DNA of 64,000 bases from the human T2T-CHM13v2.0 reference genome, Homo sapiens. The position numbers and the translations under genes were made by a program. The DNA lies in assembly GCF_009914755.1 (NCBI RefSeq), contig NC_060936.1; one strand, written 5' to 3'. The notes beneath the pieces are model-generated. The model was given only the letters and a program-made list of their open reading frames with translations. It ran no database searches and was not told the origin of the DNA. How positions within the stretch are numbered: the first letter of the stretch is position 1; each line of letters begins with the position of its first letter. Of the stretch, positions 40,944 to 54,526 are shown in pieces.

Positions 40944-42509
40944 ATTCTCAGACATAGCTGGCCTCAGAATCCCTCTGCTCATTCTTATTAAACAAACATT
41001 TTCCTTCCAAACAGAAAAAGCTTTATTGTTCCTTTTTGATTATAAAAGTAATCTGTGCTCTTTTTAAAAATGCAGATGGTACACAAAGGCACAGAGAAAA
41101 GGCACTTCACCATTCAGAGATTAATTTATGTGAATATGTTGAGCTTTCCTGTGGGTCAGCCCTGAATGGGTGCACAGCAGTAGACAAGACTGACCAGCAC
41201 AGATTCACCCCTGCTCCCAGGGAGCTTCCTGCTAAAACCTGGACACAGATCCTTCCAGCCTCTTTTCTATATGAAAAGTCAAGCAACACACTTTTTTAAA
41301 AAAAAGAACGAGGCCATCCTACAGAATTGTCATAATTTTTCTCTTACTAGCAACTAATGATGCCTTTCCATTTGCTCCCAGAAAATAGACTGTGGAATGT
41401 CTATTCTGGAAAATCTGAAAACAAATTACTTTGGATTCTGACAACCTGGATGAGGACTATTCTCCTCCAGCCTCAACTCTCTGCTCCATTTCCCTGATTT
41501 GCAAAACAAATGATAATTTCTTCCCAATGTTCTGTTGAACAGTAAATGAAATGACACAGAGAAAGCCCCTAGCAACAGTGTCTGATACACAGTAGGTGTT
41601 TTTAAAATGCTGGATTCCTTATGCTATGACTTAATTTTACTCCCAAGTCTAGCTGAGTGGTTTTGTCTTTGAGTTTCTTTACTTTTTCAGATCTGGGATG
41701 CTGAGGCTTGAGGCATTCATACTCCTTGGCTTATGACACATTCACATTATTGTCTGCAAGCATCTCCTGTGCGCCATTCATCCATTCATTTATTCCCCTT
41801 GATCTTCATGCCTCACTCTCCTCCTCTCCCTTCTCCTCTCACACACACCCCACTGGCAGCCTACCTAATCTGTTTGATGTATATCTTTTTATTTGTATTT
41901 ATTCCTGGGAAAAGTTTCGGGTGCATGAGTTTTTCATTTACCTAAATGATACTGTGCTGTGGATTTCATCCTGTCTATTATTTTCTTCATGGCACTGTGA
42001 TTTTAAGATCCACTCATGCTGTCATTCATACATCTAGGACTGCCGCATGGTACTCCCTGGTGTGTGTTCCCCATATTTTAATCATCCAAGTATTTAGGGA
42101 CAGAAACCTAGAGGGCTTCAGCTTGCTACCACTGCAGACTGCATGGTGGTAGTGTACATCTTCATGCATGCTCCGGTGTGGGTCTGAGTGGGAACTTCTC
42201 CAAGGTGGAGAAGTTCACCTAAACCCTCCAGCATGGCTGCTCTGGGCTGCCCTTGCAATCAATACCTTCATGTGATGCAAATGTCAGCAAGTATCTTCTG
42301 GTCAACTCCATCTGGATCCCTTGGCATCAGGGCCCTCCCTATCCTCTGCTTAGGATCATTTCTGAAAAGGCAAAGGTTCGATATTTTGGTATAATGGCAT
42401 AAAGCTTCTAACAGCTGTTTGGCATCTCTTTCCGCCTCAGAACTACTACCTCTCAGAGCCTCATCATCCTCACTTATACAATGAGTGGGGTGGATGAGAT
42501 CACCTAGAA

Positions 42510-42740
42510 AACCAGAGTGGGAAAAGTTGGAAGACCTTGGGTTCAAATCCTAGCTCTGCCACTTCCCAACTATGTGCCACTGGGCAAGTGTCTTCACTGC
42601 ATTAAGCCTCAGCTTCCTCCTCTCTAAAATGGATACCTAATAGTAGCTATCTCATAGGGGTGTTGCAAGAACAAAATGAGACAATGCACAAGAACCTCTT
42701 AGCACCTTGCCAGGCAATACATATCAGGCACTCTTAGGCT
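42510..42740 (+). mobile_element. Near full-length MIR
   Basis: GGGTTCAAATCCTAGCTCTGCCACTT...AAGCCTCAGCTTCCTCCTCTCTAAAATGG. Confidence 0.88.
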
Positions 42741-43530
42741 GCTGATGTGAAGATTGATGATAATTGCCATAACAACAGGCCAACAACAACAACATATCTC
42801 CATGTTCTGATAATCCACGAGCCTATGATAATTGTAGTGGCATGATTGATTGACTGATTGCCTTTCATGTCTTCCGTGCATTTTGCCGGACCACCTTGAG
42901 GAGGCACTAATGTATAATGGACCTGTGGTCTGAGTGATGAACATACAGTAGATGCATCCAAAACCTTCTGCTGAACCTCTTTCTGTGGGTTTCGAACCAT
43001 GGGTCTTGCTTTCAGATCTCTTTTCTGTGCTCCCCAACTTCCACCCCATGCCAACTTGTTAAGAAGGCTGATGGGCAGTTGCCAGTCTTCTATGGAAACT
43101 GCCAGGCTCCACTAGTGTATCATTTATATGTTAATGCAGATGCCCAAGTTTCATTGCTTGTTCTATCTCTGGGCCCTACTCCAATGGGACAATATGTCTC
43201 ACTTTTATAGAATCCAGTAGCTGTATGCCTGGCTGCAGGTTGGCTTTTCTCTAAAGCATTCAGTCATACTGAATTCTATTTTTTTTAGTATACCTGCATA
43301 TTAGTAAGTCAACAAATATTTATTGAGTACCTACTATGGGGCTGACAATGTGTTTGGCTAGAATAAAGCACTGTTCTCATGAAACTGTCAGGCCACAGAA
43401 GGAGGAGTTTGAAGAACTAATTACATAAATAATAAGTGAAATTAAATTGTCATAAATCATTAATTATTAATACAAAGTGCCATATGATAGCATATTACAA
43501 AAGGAACTATCATTATATTATACAATACAA

Positions 43531-43538
<8 letters not shown>

Positions 43539-43570
<32 letters not shown>
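43539..43570 (+). repeat. (AC)16 microsatellite
   Basis: Perfect run. Confidence 0.97.
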
Positions 43571-43572
<2 letters not shown>

Positions 43573-43624
43573 ATGGGAGGAGACCTACCAAAATGTGAAT
43601 GTTGATTTTATTTGGGTGATGGAT

Positions 43625-44200
43625 GTATTGAACCATATTCTTTCAGTTGCAAGAGCCAGAAACTCAATTTCAAGTTACTTAAGTAGGAAAGGAAATTTGT
43701 TTTCTCATGTACTGAGTTAAACCATATGAAATCATCATTTTCAGGTCAAAAATTGTCAAATACTGGCAATTGTATATGATTCAATTTACTACCTGAAAAG
43801 TCTATGTGCACTGGCTTCAGGTATAGTTGGATCCAGACACTCAGACAATATCAAAATTCTACTTCTACACATGCCTCAACTCCTCTGTGGGACTGGCTTT
43901 ATTCTCAGGTAAGCTCTCCACAGACTGGGTCAAGAATGACCACTATCTGCTCCCATCCTCTTTGCAGTTAGGAAGAGGAAAAAAAAAAAATGTTTCCCAA
44001 TGATTCCATTGAAAGTTTTGGGCAGAGCTCTTATTGGCTAGGATTGGTAGTATACCGTGCCATGAGCCAATCATTGTGGCCAGGACTGTGATGCTCTGAT
44101 TGGCCATTTCTGGGTCACATGCTCTTCTAACCCCATTAAAGGCAGGGGCATGGAATAAGCTTTACCTTAATGAGTTGGGTGGAGAGTGGGGGATATATGG
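43625..44200 (-). mobile_element. MLT1K-like MaLR LTR
   Basis: TTTCAGTTGCAAG...GGCTTCAGGTATAGTTGGATCCAG...CTCTGATTGGCCA...GGGTCACATGCTC. Confidence 0.75.
43712..43789. mobile_element. MADE2-like mariner MITE nested in the MLT1K
   Basis: ~80-bp palindromic element AGTTAAACCATATGAAAT...ATTGTATATGATTCAATT, TA-flanked. Confidence 0.75.
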
Positions 44201-44565
44201 CTTCTCAGGGCAAAATTGTAACATTTGAGTACTATTACTAGATCCAACAGGATAAAATGACTACTTCAGGGAGATTTCAGGTGATTGTTTTCTTTCCTTT
44301 TTTTTTTTTAATTTTCTTTTGCCTCTGCATTTTCTAAACTTCTACAATGAACATGAATTGCTCCCCCAAAAATGTTTTTAAAGTTATAAAAAAAAAAAAC
44401 AAAAGTATTGAGAATGAAATTTGGACATGAATGTGGTCTGGCTTTGTTCCAGGCTGATAATGGTTTTCTGTGTTATCCCTTCCAGGTATGATTTGCATTT
44501 TAACCAGAGTCAAAAAGCTGTGACTCCAAGGAGAGTGTAGTGAAGGAATTTAGGGCACTGAGCAA

Positions 44566-44744
44566 GCCCAAGATCACACGCCAGCCTAGAGTCAGGCTCC
44601 GTGGGCTCTGCTGCTAACCATTCCTTCCCCAAATTGCCTTTTCCCTCTGAGCCCTCTGCCACAAACCATGCATAGAGTAAGCACTCAAGACTTACTCATG
44701 TGCTCTCTGAGAATACACATGCTGTTGTTGCCATGGGAGACGGG
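44566..44744 (+). repeat. Inserted copy of 40765-40943
   Basis: 175/179 identity, same orientation, offset 3801 bp. Confidence 0.95.
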
Positions 44745-45579
44745 CCCTGCGAGGGCCCCAGTCTATTGTCTGCTTTTGCCAGGGTCATATAGACATGAAA
44801 TCCAATCGGCCTCAAAGAGCGTTCCTGAGGATTAAATCAATGACCTTGGAAGTGGCATTTAGCTCCAAATCTCAGTTTCCCCACCTTCGAGGCATGAGTA
44901 ATAACCGTATAATTCCTCCCTTACAGAATTGCTGTGGGATGAAGGAGATAACAGGACTTATAGGACTTAATCCTTAAACAATGCTTGCCCCATTTCTTTC
45001 CTCCCATAGGCCCTCTTCCGGTCAGGTCATGTGGGGAAATGGTGACAGCATGGGATTTGGGACTGAGCAAAACTGAATTCAAAGCTAGCTCTGCCACCTA
45101 CTAGCTGTGTGTCCCCAAGCAGGACATGTGCAGCCTCATTGCACCTCAGTTGCCGCACCTGAGAAACGGGGATGGTGATGCCCTCTGCACAGAGTTGTGA
45201 GAGGATCTGACAGGGTAGCATTTAATTAAACAACTTGACCCTTGGTGGACACTCAATAAATGCTTGCTCTCATTCCTTTCCCAGTGGCCTTTGACCTAAT
45301 TCTATTCCAGAGGCATCAATAGAAATCACATCCTTGTATTTAAAGACTGTCTTTATAAATATATTTACATGCATGCTTGTGATTGTTGCATAATGCAAGT
45401 GAAGATGACAAATTCACGCAGCCAGCAAATTCTTAGACTGTGATTTTTAAAATGTTGGTTTACTTGTTCTGTTTTAAAAACATCACATACCTACCTATTC
45501 CAAAATGGTAATTTACCAAAGGTATTCATTTATAACATTTCTTAACCATGACTTGGGTCTGATATTTCACACTATGATT

Positions 45580-45715
45580 TGTCCATCCATCTGTCAATCT
45601 GTCCATCTCTGTCTGCCTGTCTCTCTATCCATCCATCCATCCATCTATCCATCCCTCCATCCATCCATCCATCCATCCATCCATCCACCTACCTACCCAC
45701 CTATCCATCCATCTA
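45580..45715 (+). repeat. (CCAT)n/(CCTA)n tetranucleotide repeat
   Basis: ATCCATCCATCC arrays. Confidence 0.93.
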
Positions 45716-48700
45716 CTTAACATGTAATGACTACTTTGTACCAGGCCCATATTTCAGACACTGGGCACACAGTGATACATAAGATAGGCATGTTTCCTGA
45801 CCTCATGGAACTTACTCCAGATTCTTGGGAAGTGGGATATGACTGGAAAGCTGAGGCTAAGCACTGCAATTTGGTGCGTGGGAGTGGAGCACTCCTCTCC
45901 TGACATCCAGTAAGTGGTTCGTGCAAAGTCCAGTCCAGTCCTGCAATGCTGCTGACCAGGCCACAACACAGCCATCTTCACAGCAGCCCAAAAGTTAGCC
46001 AAGCACAGCAATGGTGCCTTGCCTGGACTCCAGTCTTTACTGTCTTCTGGGGAAGCTGCTCCCTTGGACATTCTGCCCCGGGATCCACGAACTGTTCAAG
46101 AAGTGTTGGCCAACACCAAGTGAGGGTGCAAGTGGGATTTTAGGAGGAAGATGTTGAACTTCCTGCATGTGGGGGTCTGGAGTGATTGCTTGAAAATTTA
46201 TACATGACGTGACTTATTTTGCATCCCAAGACTGGATTTGTGCCTTTTCTGAGCAAATCCTCACCCTGCTTTTTTTTGCTTTAATTAATCTGAGTGGGTT
46301 TCTGTTACAGCCAAAATTTCCTCAACCTCAGCCCATGAGGATTATTTTGCTTAATCTTTGAAGCAATCCTATGAGGCTGAATCAATTACTGACACCATTT
46401 GAGAGATGAGGAAATAAATGATCATATAGATGGAAGGACTTGTCCTGTGTCACAGAGTTAGACAACCTCAGAGCTGAGATTTGTACCTACAGTTCTAAAG
46501 GGTTTTAAAGACAAAAGTAGGAAAGGACATTCCCTGAAGTGTAAATGCACATGCAAGAATTCAGAGTGGGCAGCAGTTCTGCAGTTCTGCTTGAAGAGAA
46601 GTAGGAGATGAGGTGGGTACAGAGGTCTTAGTCTTATTCCTGCACTCCTCTAATACATTGGGTCCTTATGTGCTAGAGAACACAGTCAAAGGAAAGTTGC
46701 TTTTCACAGCTCAGAATGGAACTATCATGAACACTCCCTATCCCTGGTTGTGCCTCCATCGGAGGTGACTGCTCTAGTGACAGCCTGGACTGGGGCCTTT
46801 TTCTGCAAACAGATTACATCATTACCACAAGAGAGGCTTGAGTTGTGAGGATGGCAGTTTTATGGCCCATAGACCCCCCACAACTGGAACCATCTGGACT
46901 TTTAAAAGCTTGGTAATGTAACATCACAAACAATCCTCTGCATGAGATGCACAGTGTGCTAAGATTTAGAATCAGGAGTTTGCCATGGGGGAGGCAGTGA
47001 GTTCTAACAGAGGACTCAGGTGATAAGGTTTTAGGTAGGGTGATTGCTGTTTGACCTCATGTGGATGTCTCCCCTTCTCTGTGCCTCACTTTTCCTCCTG
47101 AATCAGCCTGGTTTACCTAGCACATAAGGAGACTTGGAACTAAGCATTATAGAGACGCTCTTTGTTAAACACTACCCAAGCCCGTTCTCTCAAGATCTAA
47201 GGACCTCCAATTATCCTGCATTATGGAGACATTGGCTTACAAATGGCTGGGAAATGGAATGGGTCCACAGAGTGACAAGGGTGCTTATAGCAGAGGTCTG
47301 CCTTGGAGGCTGTAAGTGATCCATGCCAGGCAGAGACAGAGACAGTTGCAGAAATGCTGATGCACACCAGGAGTGTGAATAAAATACTCATTCTTAAGAG
47401 CCAGGTCATCTCTCTACAACAACATAGGCCTCCTCCCCTGCAGCCCAGGTTTTCAAAACCTGACCTGAGAAAGATAAAGAAAATGTTGCTTTTAGAGTGA
47501 GCTTATAAGCCATCTGCTCTCAAGTTGTCACTGGGAAAAGACAGAAAGAGAGTGCAGGGACATTTCTAGGTGTGGTGTATGGAGGATTTCAGAGGTTTTC
47601 ATTTGAGCCACTGAGCTCAATGAAGGGGAAAAGACAAAATAAAATGGTGACAGACTAGTTTATATCATTTGGCTCATGAGCTTCCATGGCATCATTCCAC
47701 AGAGCAAGCAGATTAAAAAGAATGATAATATGTAATTAGGCAATTGTGGACACATGGCCACTCTCATGCCTTTGAATATAAATTGGTCCAGGTAGGAAAA
47801 TTTTGCAGTATATATTAAAAACTTTGAAATATATGCACTTTGATCAAACAATTTTCCTCCTAGAAATTTATTCTAAAATAAAATTGGACAAAATCTCAAT
47901 ATATTTATTCATCATAGGGTAACTTCTAATCATGAAAACTTGAAAACAATCCTTTTGGCTAACCAATGAGAATGGTTGAATAAATTACATGATAGCCCCA
48001 CACTGGAATATATATGGCTATTTTAGTATGAGCATAAAATACTTTTCTAAGTTAGAAAAATGATGTATATTTCTATTTCAAAAAGTGAAATACAATGACA
48101 TCAGAAAATCAGTCTCATATTCACAGAGTTGTTTCTTATTTTACTCACTCCCCATGCTTTTGCCCTCAGAATAGTTCCTTCCTAGGCAGTTTCCTGGAGT
48201 TCATTTTGCACCGAGTTCACAAATCTTCTCTGGGGCTCCCAGCCCAGCTGGAAGTAAATGCTCTGTTTTCTCAACTGCTGTCTTCTGCTGTTTTTTATTG
48301 TCTGCCTGGTATTAAGATGATATGTGCCTATGATTTACATCCCTTCCTGGATGTGGAGATTTCTGAGGGCTAGATCCACATCTGATTCACCTCTGATTCC
48401 TCGGCATGGGTGATGGTAGGGGAGACAATGAAGTGATGCTTGGTAAATGCTCTAGCGTGAGAAAGGTGTTTAGATGAAGTACTGCAGCCAATTTTTAAAC
48501 CAAACATGTTAGCTTCACTCTGATGTCCTAGGTGTTGTTGCCTTATACTCACTCTCTGTCCTTGTCAAAGTTGGCACCACTTTTTGCTCACTCAGAGCAG
48601 AAAACCTTCGAGTATCAGGTCTTATGCTGGAGGAAATTGGCACCATGATGCTCTCTAGTCCAATGAGCCAGGGTGAGAGACTTAGAGGTGTTTGCGGTAA

Positions 48701-49311
48701 GTGGGAGAAACCCCTTTCTGTCTGCCTCTGTAAAATTCTTGAGTCCAGGTTAAGGAGTCCACTCCCATCCGCATTCCTGCTTCCAAAGTCCCACCAACCA
48801 CCAGAGAAAGCCACAGAAAACATTCAGAGAAGCAAGCGTGGTATCTCAGGATTGGAAACGGTTTGTGCCTTGATCCTCAGCTGCAAGGGAAGGCAGAGGT
48901 GCAAGGCACTCTCTTTAGATTAGAGGCAGTATTCTTGGGGAGTGGTAATTTATCTCTCTAGACATCATGATTGATTCTTACTGAAGATAGTTTCAACATC
49001 CATTTCTACATTCTTTTCTGTTGTTCTCACTTTTTCCCTTATGATTACAAAAGCAATATAAATTTTGACTGTAGAAACTTAAGAAAACACAGATAAGTAA
49101 AAAAAGAGAAAAATTTTAAAAGTCTAAATACCTCTTATTATTTTCATAAGGCTACCATGACACTGATAATGAAGAAATGGATGCTAAAATAAAATTACAG
49201 TCAACCATCCTTTATTAAATTAGGCAGAAAAATCATTAATCAAGTATTAACAAACCATATTCAGCTGTGTATGGTGTGGGGGGGGCGCATATATGAAGGA
49301 TATTACATGAC

Positions 49312-49721
49312 TGATATGGTTTGGATCTGTGTCCCTGCCCAATCTCATGTTGAAATATAATCCTCAGTACTGGAAGTGGGACATGGTGGGAGGTGTTTGG
49401 ATCGTGGGGGTGGATTTCTCATGAATGGCTTAGCACCATCTCCTTGGTGATGAGTGAGTTCACGTGAGATCAGGTTGTTTAAAAGTTTGTAGCACCTCCC
49501 ACTCTCTCTTTTGCTCCTGCTCTGACCATGTGAGATGTCTGCTCCTGCTTCACCTTCCACAATGAATAAAATCTCCCTGAGGCCTCCTCAGAAGCCAAGC
49601 AGATGCCAGCACATTGCTTCCTGTACAGCCTGCAGAACTGTGAGCCAATTAAATCTCTTTTCTTTATAAATTACCCAGCCTCAGGTATTTCTTTATAGCA
49701 ATGCAAGAACGACCTAATGCA
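49312..49721 (+). mobile_element. MSTA MaLR solo LTR
   Basis: TGATATGGTTTGGATCTGTGTCC...CTTTATAGCAATGCAAGAACGACCTAATGCA; perfect TSD ATGAC. Confidence 0.93.
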
Positions 49722-49757
49722 ATGACTAATGGGAACTTCTTTAGAAATAAAAAATAA

Positions 49758-50065
49758 GGCCAGGCACAGTGGCTCACACCTGTAAACCCAGCACTTGGGA
49801 GGCCGAGGCAAGCGGATCACGAGGTCAGGAGATCGAGACCCATCTTGGCTAACACGGTGAAACCCCCTCTCTACTAAAAATACAAAAAAAATTAGCCGGG
49901 CGTGGTGGCAGGTGCCTGTAATCCCAGCTACTCAGGAGGCTGAGGCAGGAGAATGGCGTGAACCTGGGAGGCAGAGCTTGCAGTGAGCCGAGATCACGCC
50001 ACTGCACTTCAGCCTGGGCAACAGACAGAGCAAGACTCTGTCTCAAAAAAAAAAAAAAAAAAGAA
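49758..50065 (+). mobile_element. AluY
   Basis: GGATCACGAGGTCAGGAGATCGAGAC...GGCTAACACGGTG...GAATGGCGTGAACC; 15-bp TSD AGAAATAAAAAATAA. Confidence 0.96.
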
Positions 50066-50084
50066 AGAAATAAAAAATAAAAAT

Positions 50085-50750
50085 TGTAACTCATGATATT
50101 ATCAGATTAATGGAAAAAAACATACAATTTTAAGAAAAGCATTGAACAAAACAATTTTCATCTGTAATATTTAGAAAAACTCTCAGAAAACTAGGAAGAG
50201 AATGTACTTTCCTCAATCTGAAAAGGGACATCAGTAAAATACCTTAGGTAATGCCATACTTAATAATTGAATATTCAATGTTCTCCCCTTACTAGCAAAA
50301 CAAGGACAGGCTGGACCATTTCTATTTAACATTTTACTGGAGACCATAATCATCCAAGAAGGCAAAAAGAAAAGATATTAATAGCATGCTGATGGAAAGG
50401 AATGAGTTAAGTAAAATCTATTTGTAAATGATGTGATTATTTCCATGGATAGTATTTATAAAATCTACAAATAATCATAGGAAAAACAAATTGAATATAT
50501 AATTCCATGTTAATATGCAAAATATACAAAAATCAATTGTATATACTTGCTACAAACTATTAGAAACAGAAATTAATTAATTCTATTTACACTGGTGTTA
50601 ATGAGCGCAGAAAAGTTAGGAATGAACTTAACAAAAGACTTGCAATAATGTTAAAGTAAAAAAAAATCATAGTATTGTGGAAAGAGCTTAATAAAGAATT
50701 AAAGAAATGAAGTGGTGTGCCATATTTATAGATTGAAAAATCAAGGTGCT
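50085..50750 (+). mobile_element. Decayed old L1M ORF2 (RT-region) remnant
   Basis: CTCAGAAAACTAGGAAGAG...TTCCTCAATCTG...CTATTTAACATTTTACTGGAG...AATATACAAAAATCAATTGTAT; many stops and frameshifts. Confidence 0.7.
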
Positions 50751-51904
50751 AATTTTCTGCAAGTTGATTTCTTAAAATTTTATTTTACTTTAGATTCAGG
50801 GGGTACGTGTGCATGTTTGTTACATGAGTATAAGGAAAAGAGGCAATTTGAAGACAACATTCTATTTCATGTTTTCTGTATGTTCATATACACAGAAGTA
50901 TTTATATTTTATGTGACCAAACTATCCCCGTATAGTATATACAGTCTTTAGTTGCTTTTTACTCATGTAAAATATATTATGAATATTTTTTCATATTAAG
51001 TATTTATCAACACATTGTTTTTAATGACTGGCTGGTGTTTTTCTGCAGCCAAGAGGAACCTCCAAAGTTCTGTATGTTCCAGATAAATGCCCTGTCCTCT
51101 GCTTTAGTCAGCACTGGCAGGGGTGAGGAGTATGCCTCAGGAGATCTGTATGCTCCTCATAAAACTCTCACCCCTTCCTCCTTCTCTGTCTCATCAAATG
51201 CTCACAGCCTCACTGCAACTGTCTGCCAGGAGATGCTCGGAAATAATTTTGTCCTTTATACTTTTCACATTAGCCACCACAAGTAGCTCAGGACACCTGG
51301 AGTTTCTCTAATCCCCAAAGGACTCCATGGGCAGTGAGGTAAATCACCCTGCCAACCACAGAGGCATTGCCTAATGACCTTCCCTGACTTATTTTCTTCC
51401 TACTCCTACCATCATCAGAATATGTATGTGTGTGTGTGCATATATACATGCATGTATGTATGCATATATGTGTGTCTGTCTTTAATTACTAGGATACAAG
51501 CTTTATGAGGTATATTGGATTTTTGAAGGCAGGAATTTTTGTCTTTTCTTGTTAGGTTATAATCTCCAGTGCCTAAAATAGTGAATAGCACATGGTAGGC
51601 ACACACTAAATATTTATTGAATTGATGGATGATTTCATGATAATAAAAAATACTGCCATAAACATCCTCATAGCAAATCATTGTACTCATTCAGAATGAT
51701 TTACTTTTGATAAACTTTTAGATGTGGAATTTGCTGGATTGGAAATAAAAAATAGGCACCCCTTTTCCTTTTTTAAAAAAAGACATTTAGGCTATGAATG
51801 AGCAAACTGCAACATGTAGCATAACAGAGGCCTATTTCTTCATAATCTCAGTGATACTATTTAATAAATATTAGCACTTGAAAACATCATCACCCATTCT
51901 GGGA

Positions 51905-53630
51905 AAGACAAAACTCAAGAGAGAGTAAAATGAGCAGTTGATGCTAGGGATTTAGAGAGAGGGTATAGGGATGAGTAGGTGGAGCAAATGGATTTTTAAG
52001 AAAGTAATGAAATTCTGTATCATACTGTAATTGTGAATGCAAGACATTAAGTATTTATCAAAACCCATAGAACTTTCAAGCACAAAGAGTGAAGCTTAAT
52101 GAATGCAATTTAAAAAAATTATTTAAGGAGCTGGGATCCCAGGAGGGAAAGCAGACTATGACAAAGAATCTAACTGTATGACAAATGCCTGAAGCAACCA
52201 CATTGAAGGGAGTGTGACGGGAGGTGCTGGCATAACTTTGGAAATAAATGGAGTCTGCAAGACAAAAGGCAGAAGGAACTGTACATAAGGACTGTACTCT
52301 AGTTGATAAAGTTGTTTCCCACAGGAATACAGGTTAACAATTCTGACACTGCTATACATGTATACTAGAGTTGAAGAATTAAGTAAATGGATATAAGTTG
52401 GTGAAAGTCATGTTTCTCACTGTTGGAGTGGGAGTTTACAGATAAGCCAGGGCAGGAAGCTAGATGATCCATATGGCGATGAATCAGAGCTGGGGACATC
52501 AGTATGAACTCAATGTTTAGCTTAATATGGATACAGATGGTTACATACAGAAATATTTATAGATATGTGTATTTACACAGGTTAGTGAGTGTATTCACAG
52601 ATCATAAGAAAATATGTCAGCTGAGAGGGCCTAGAAGCAAAGACACCCCTGTAGCAAGAAGAACACCTAATGCCCAGATCTTGGTTACTAATACCATTCT
52701 CTAATAAAAGGAACCAGAGGTACTTGGAGAAATAGCTGTTTCAATGACTGGGGCAGTAAAAGCACAAGATGAGCCTGGAGCTTTTTATAGTGTCAGATTG
52801 CAAGGATGTGCTAAAACAAATGAGTGTATATCAAAGAAGCTCGGAAGCCAAGTGAAAGAGCTTCCAATGGCCAAAGCTGGAAAAATTGGAACAAGATAAA
52901 TAAATAAAGAATTGAGTTATAACTCAAGGTATAAATCATATATCTCTGAGTGTATACTGATATAAATAAGTGACTGAATAGCTTAATGAATGGGGGAGAA
53001 GAGACAAATCTGTCATGCAGCCTAATTCCAAACAATTTACCTAGATGCTCTGCCCTCAAAGAGGGATAGCATAACTCCTCACTCTTTCAGTGTGGGCTGG
53101 AGATACCTGACAAAGACTACCTTAGCCAGGTTATCAAGGCCAATACCAATTGTCATAAGTCATGCTGTTAGTATGTACCCTTGATATAATGTGATGAAAA
53201 TTGCAGTTACCTCTCTGGTCTTACTCCCACAGACCCATAACCTGAGTCAATCCATTAAAAAAAATCAGCTAATAGAGGGACATTCTACAAAATACCTGAC
53301 CAGTGCTCCTCAAAACTCTCAAGGTAATAAAAAACAAGGAAAGTGCATAACTATCATAGTCAAGAGGAATGTAAGGAGACATGATAACTATATGTAAATG
53401 CTACCTGGGTGGGATTCTAGGCTCAAAACAAAGGACATTAGGTAAAACATAAGGATATTTGAATAAAATATAGACTTTAGTTAATAATTTTCTATCAATA
53501 TTGGTTCATTAGCTGAAACAAATATATCACATTAAGATAAGATGTTACTAATAGGTAAGACTGGGAACTCCAAACTATCTTATTAAATTTTCTGTCAATC
53601 TAAAACTGTTCTAAAACATAAAGTCTGTAT
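51905..53630 (+). mobile_element. L1MC/L1MD long 3'UTR remnant
   Basis: AAAACCCATAGAACT...GTTTCTCACTGTTGGAGTGGG...TATCAATATTGGTTCATTA...AATCTAAAACTGTTCTAAAA. Confidence 0.85.
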
Positions 53631-54526
53631 TTTAAAACATTGCCAATTGGACATAGGTGAAAACTAACACCTTGTTTTTTCTTTATTTGCCTTTCTTTGT
53701 TTACTAGTGTGATGAAGCCTTTTTATGTGTGCATGCATTGGCTGCTTATATTTCTTCTTTGAATTGCAAATTTTCATGTATCCCTAAGGTTTTATGGTTA
53801 TTTATTATGTGGCATTATTGTAGTTCATCTAACCGATACAATCTCATAGAATTATCATAGTCCTATGAAGTATTATTTACCTGTTTTCCATAATTATATA
53901 AATATCCATTTTACGGGTAAAGATATGGAGGCTGAAAGAGACTGAATAATTTACCCAGTTCATAGAGTAACACCTAAGCTTTGAACTCACATTGGTCTGA
54001 CTCCAGAATCCCCTAGGCACCATGTAATACCATGAAGTACCAAGTGATGATGTTGGCAGAGGAAGGGGAGGGAGTCTTGGCAGATAGCTTGGGGTCCAGT
54101 GACAACCTTTGAATTCTGGGCTTTAGAATAATGACAGCACCCCAGAGAGGAGCACCACATAGTCAAACTATATAGGAAGTCTCTGAGTGGCTGATGTGAG
54201 AAGTGGCTCCTGAGGGCACCAAATTTCCTGCAGGTCTCTCCAGACTCTGCCGAGAACAGCAAAATGGATTCTCTGGAGTTGTGCCTGGAAGAAATGTAAT
54301 TGTCAGGGGCCAGAAGGCAGCAGAATTCCATGCCATATATCATCATAATTTAATGTTGAGCCTCTTAAAACTGAAGCCAGGAAGGAGAACCTTCCTTCCC
54401 CAGAGTGCGTTAACAGCATCCAGGCTGCAGGGCCCTCCACTCGCCAGTACTTGCCTTTGCAGGGCTTGACCTCTAGGACCTGGGATGTAAAGGGCCAAAG
54501 ATGTGGAGGTTCATAGCCACTAGTAC

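Noticed and set aside
50085-50750. Reverse-transcriptase-derived region as a functional RT gene
   Set aside because: Heavily decayed old L1 ORF2 with no long open frame.
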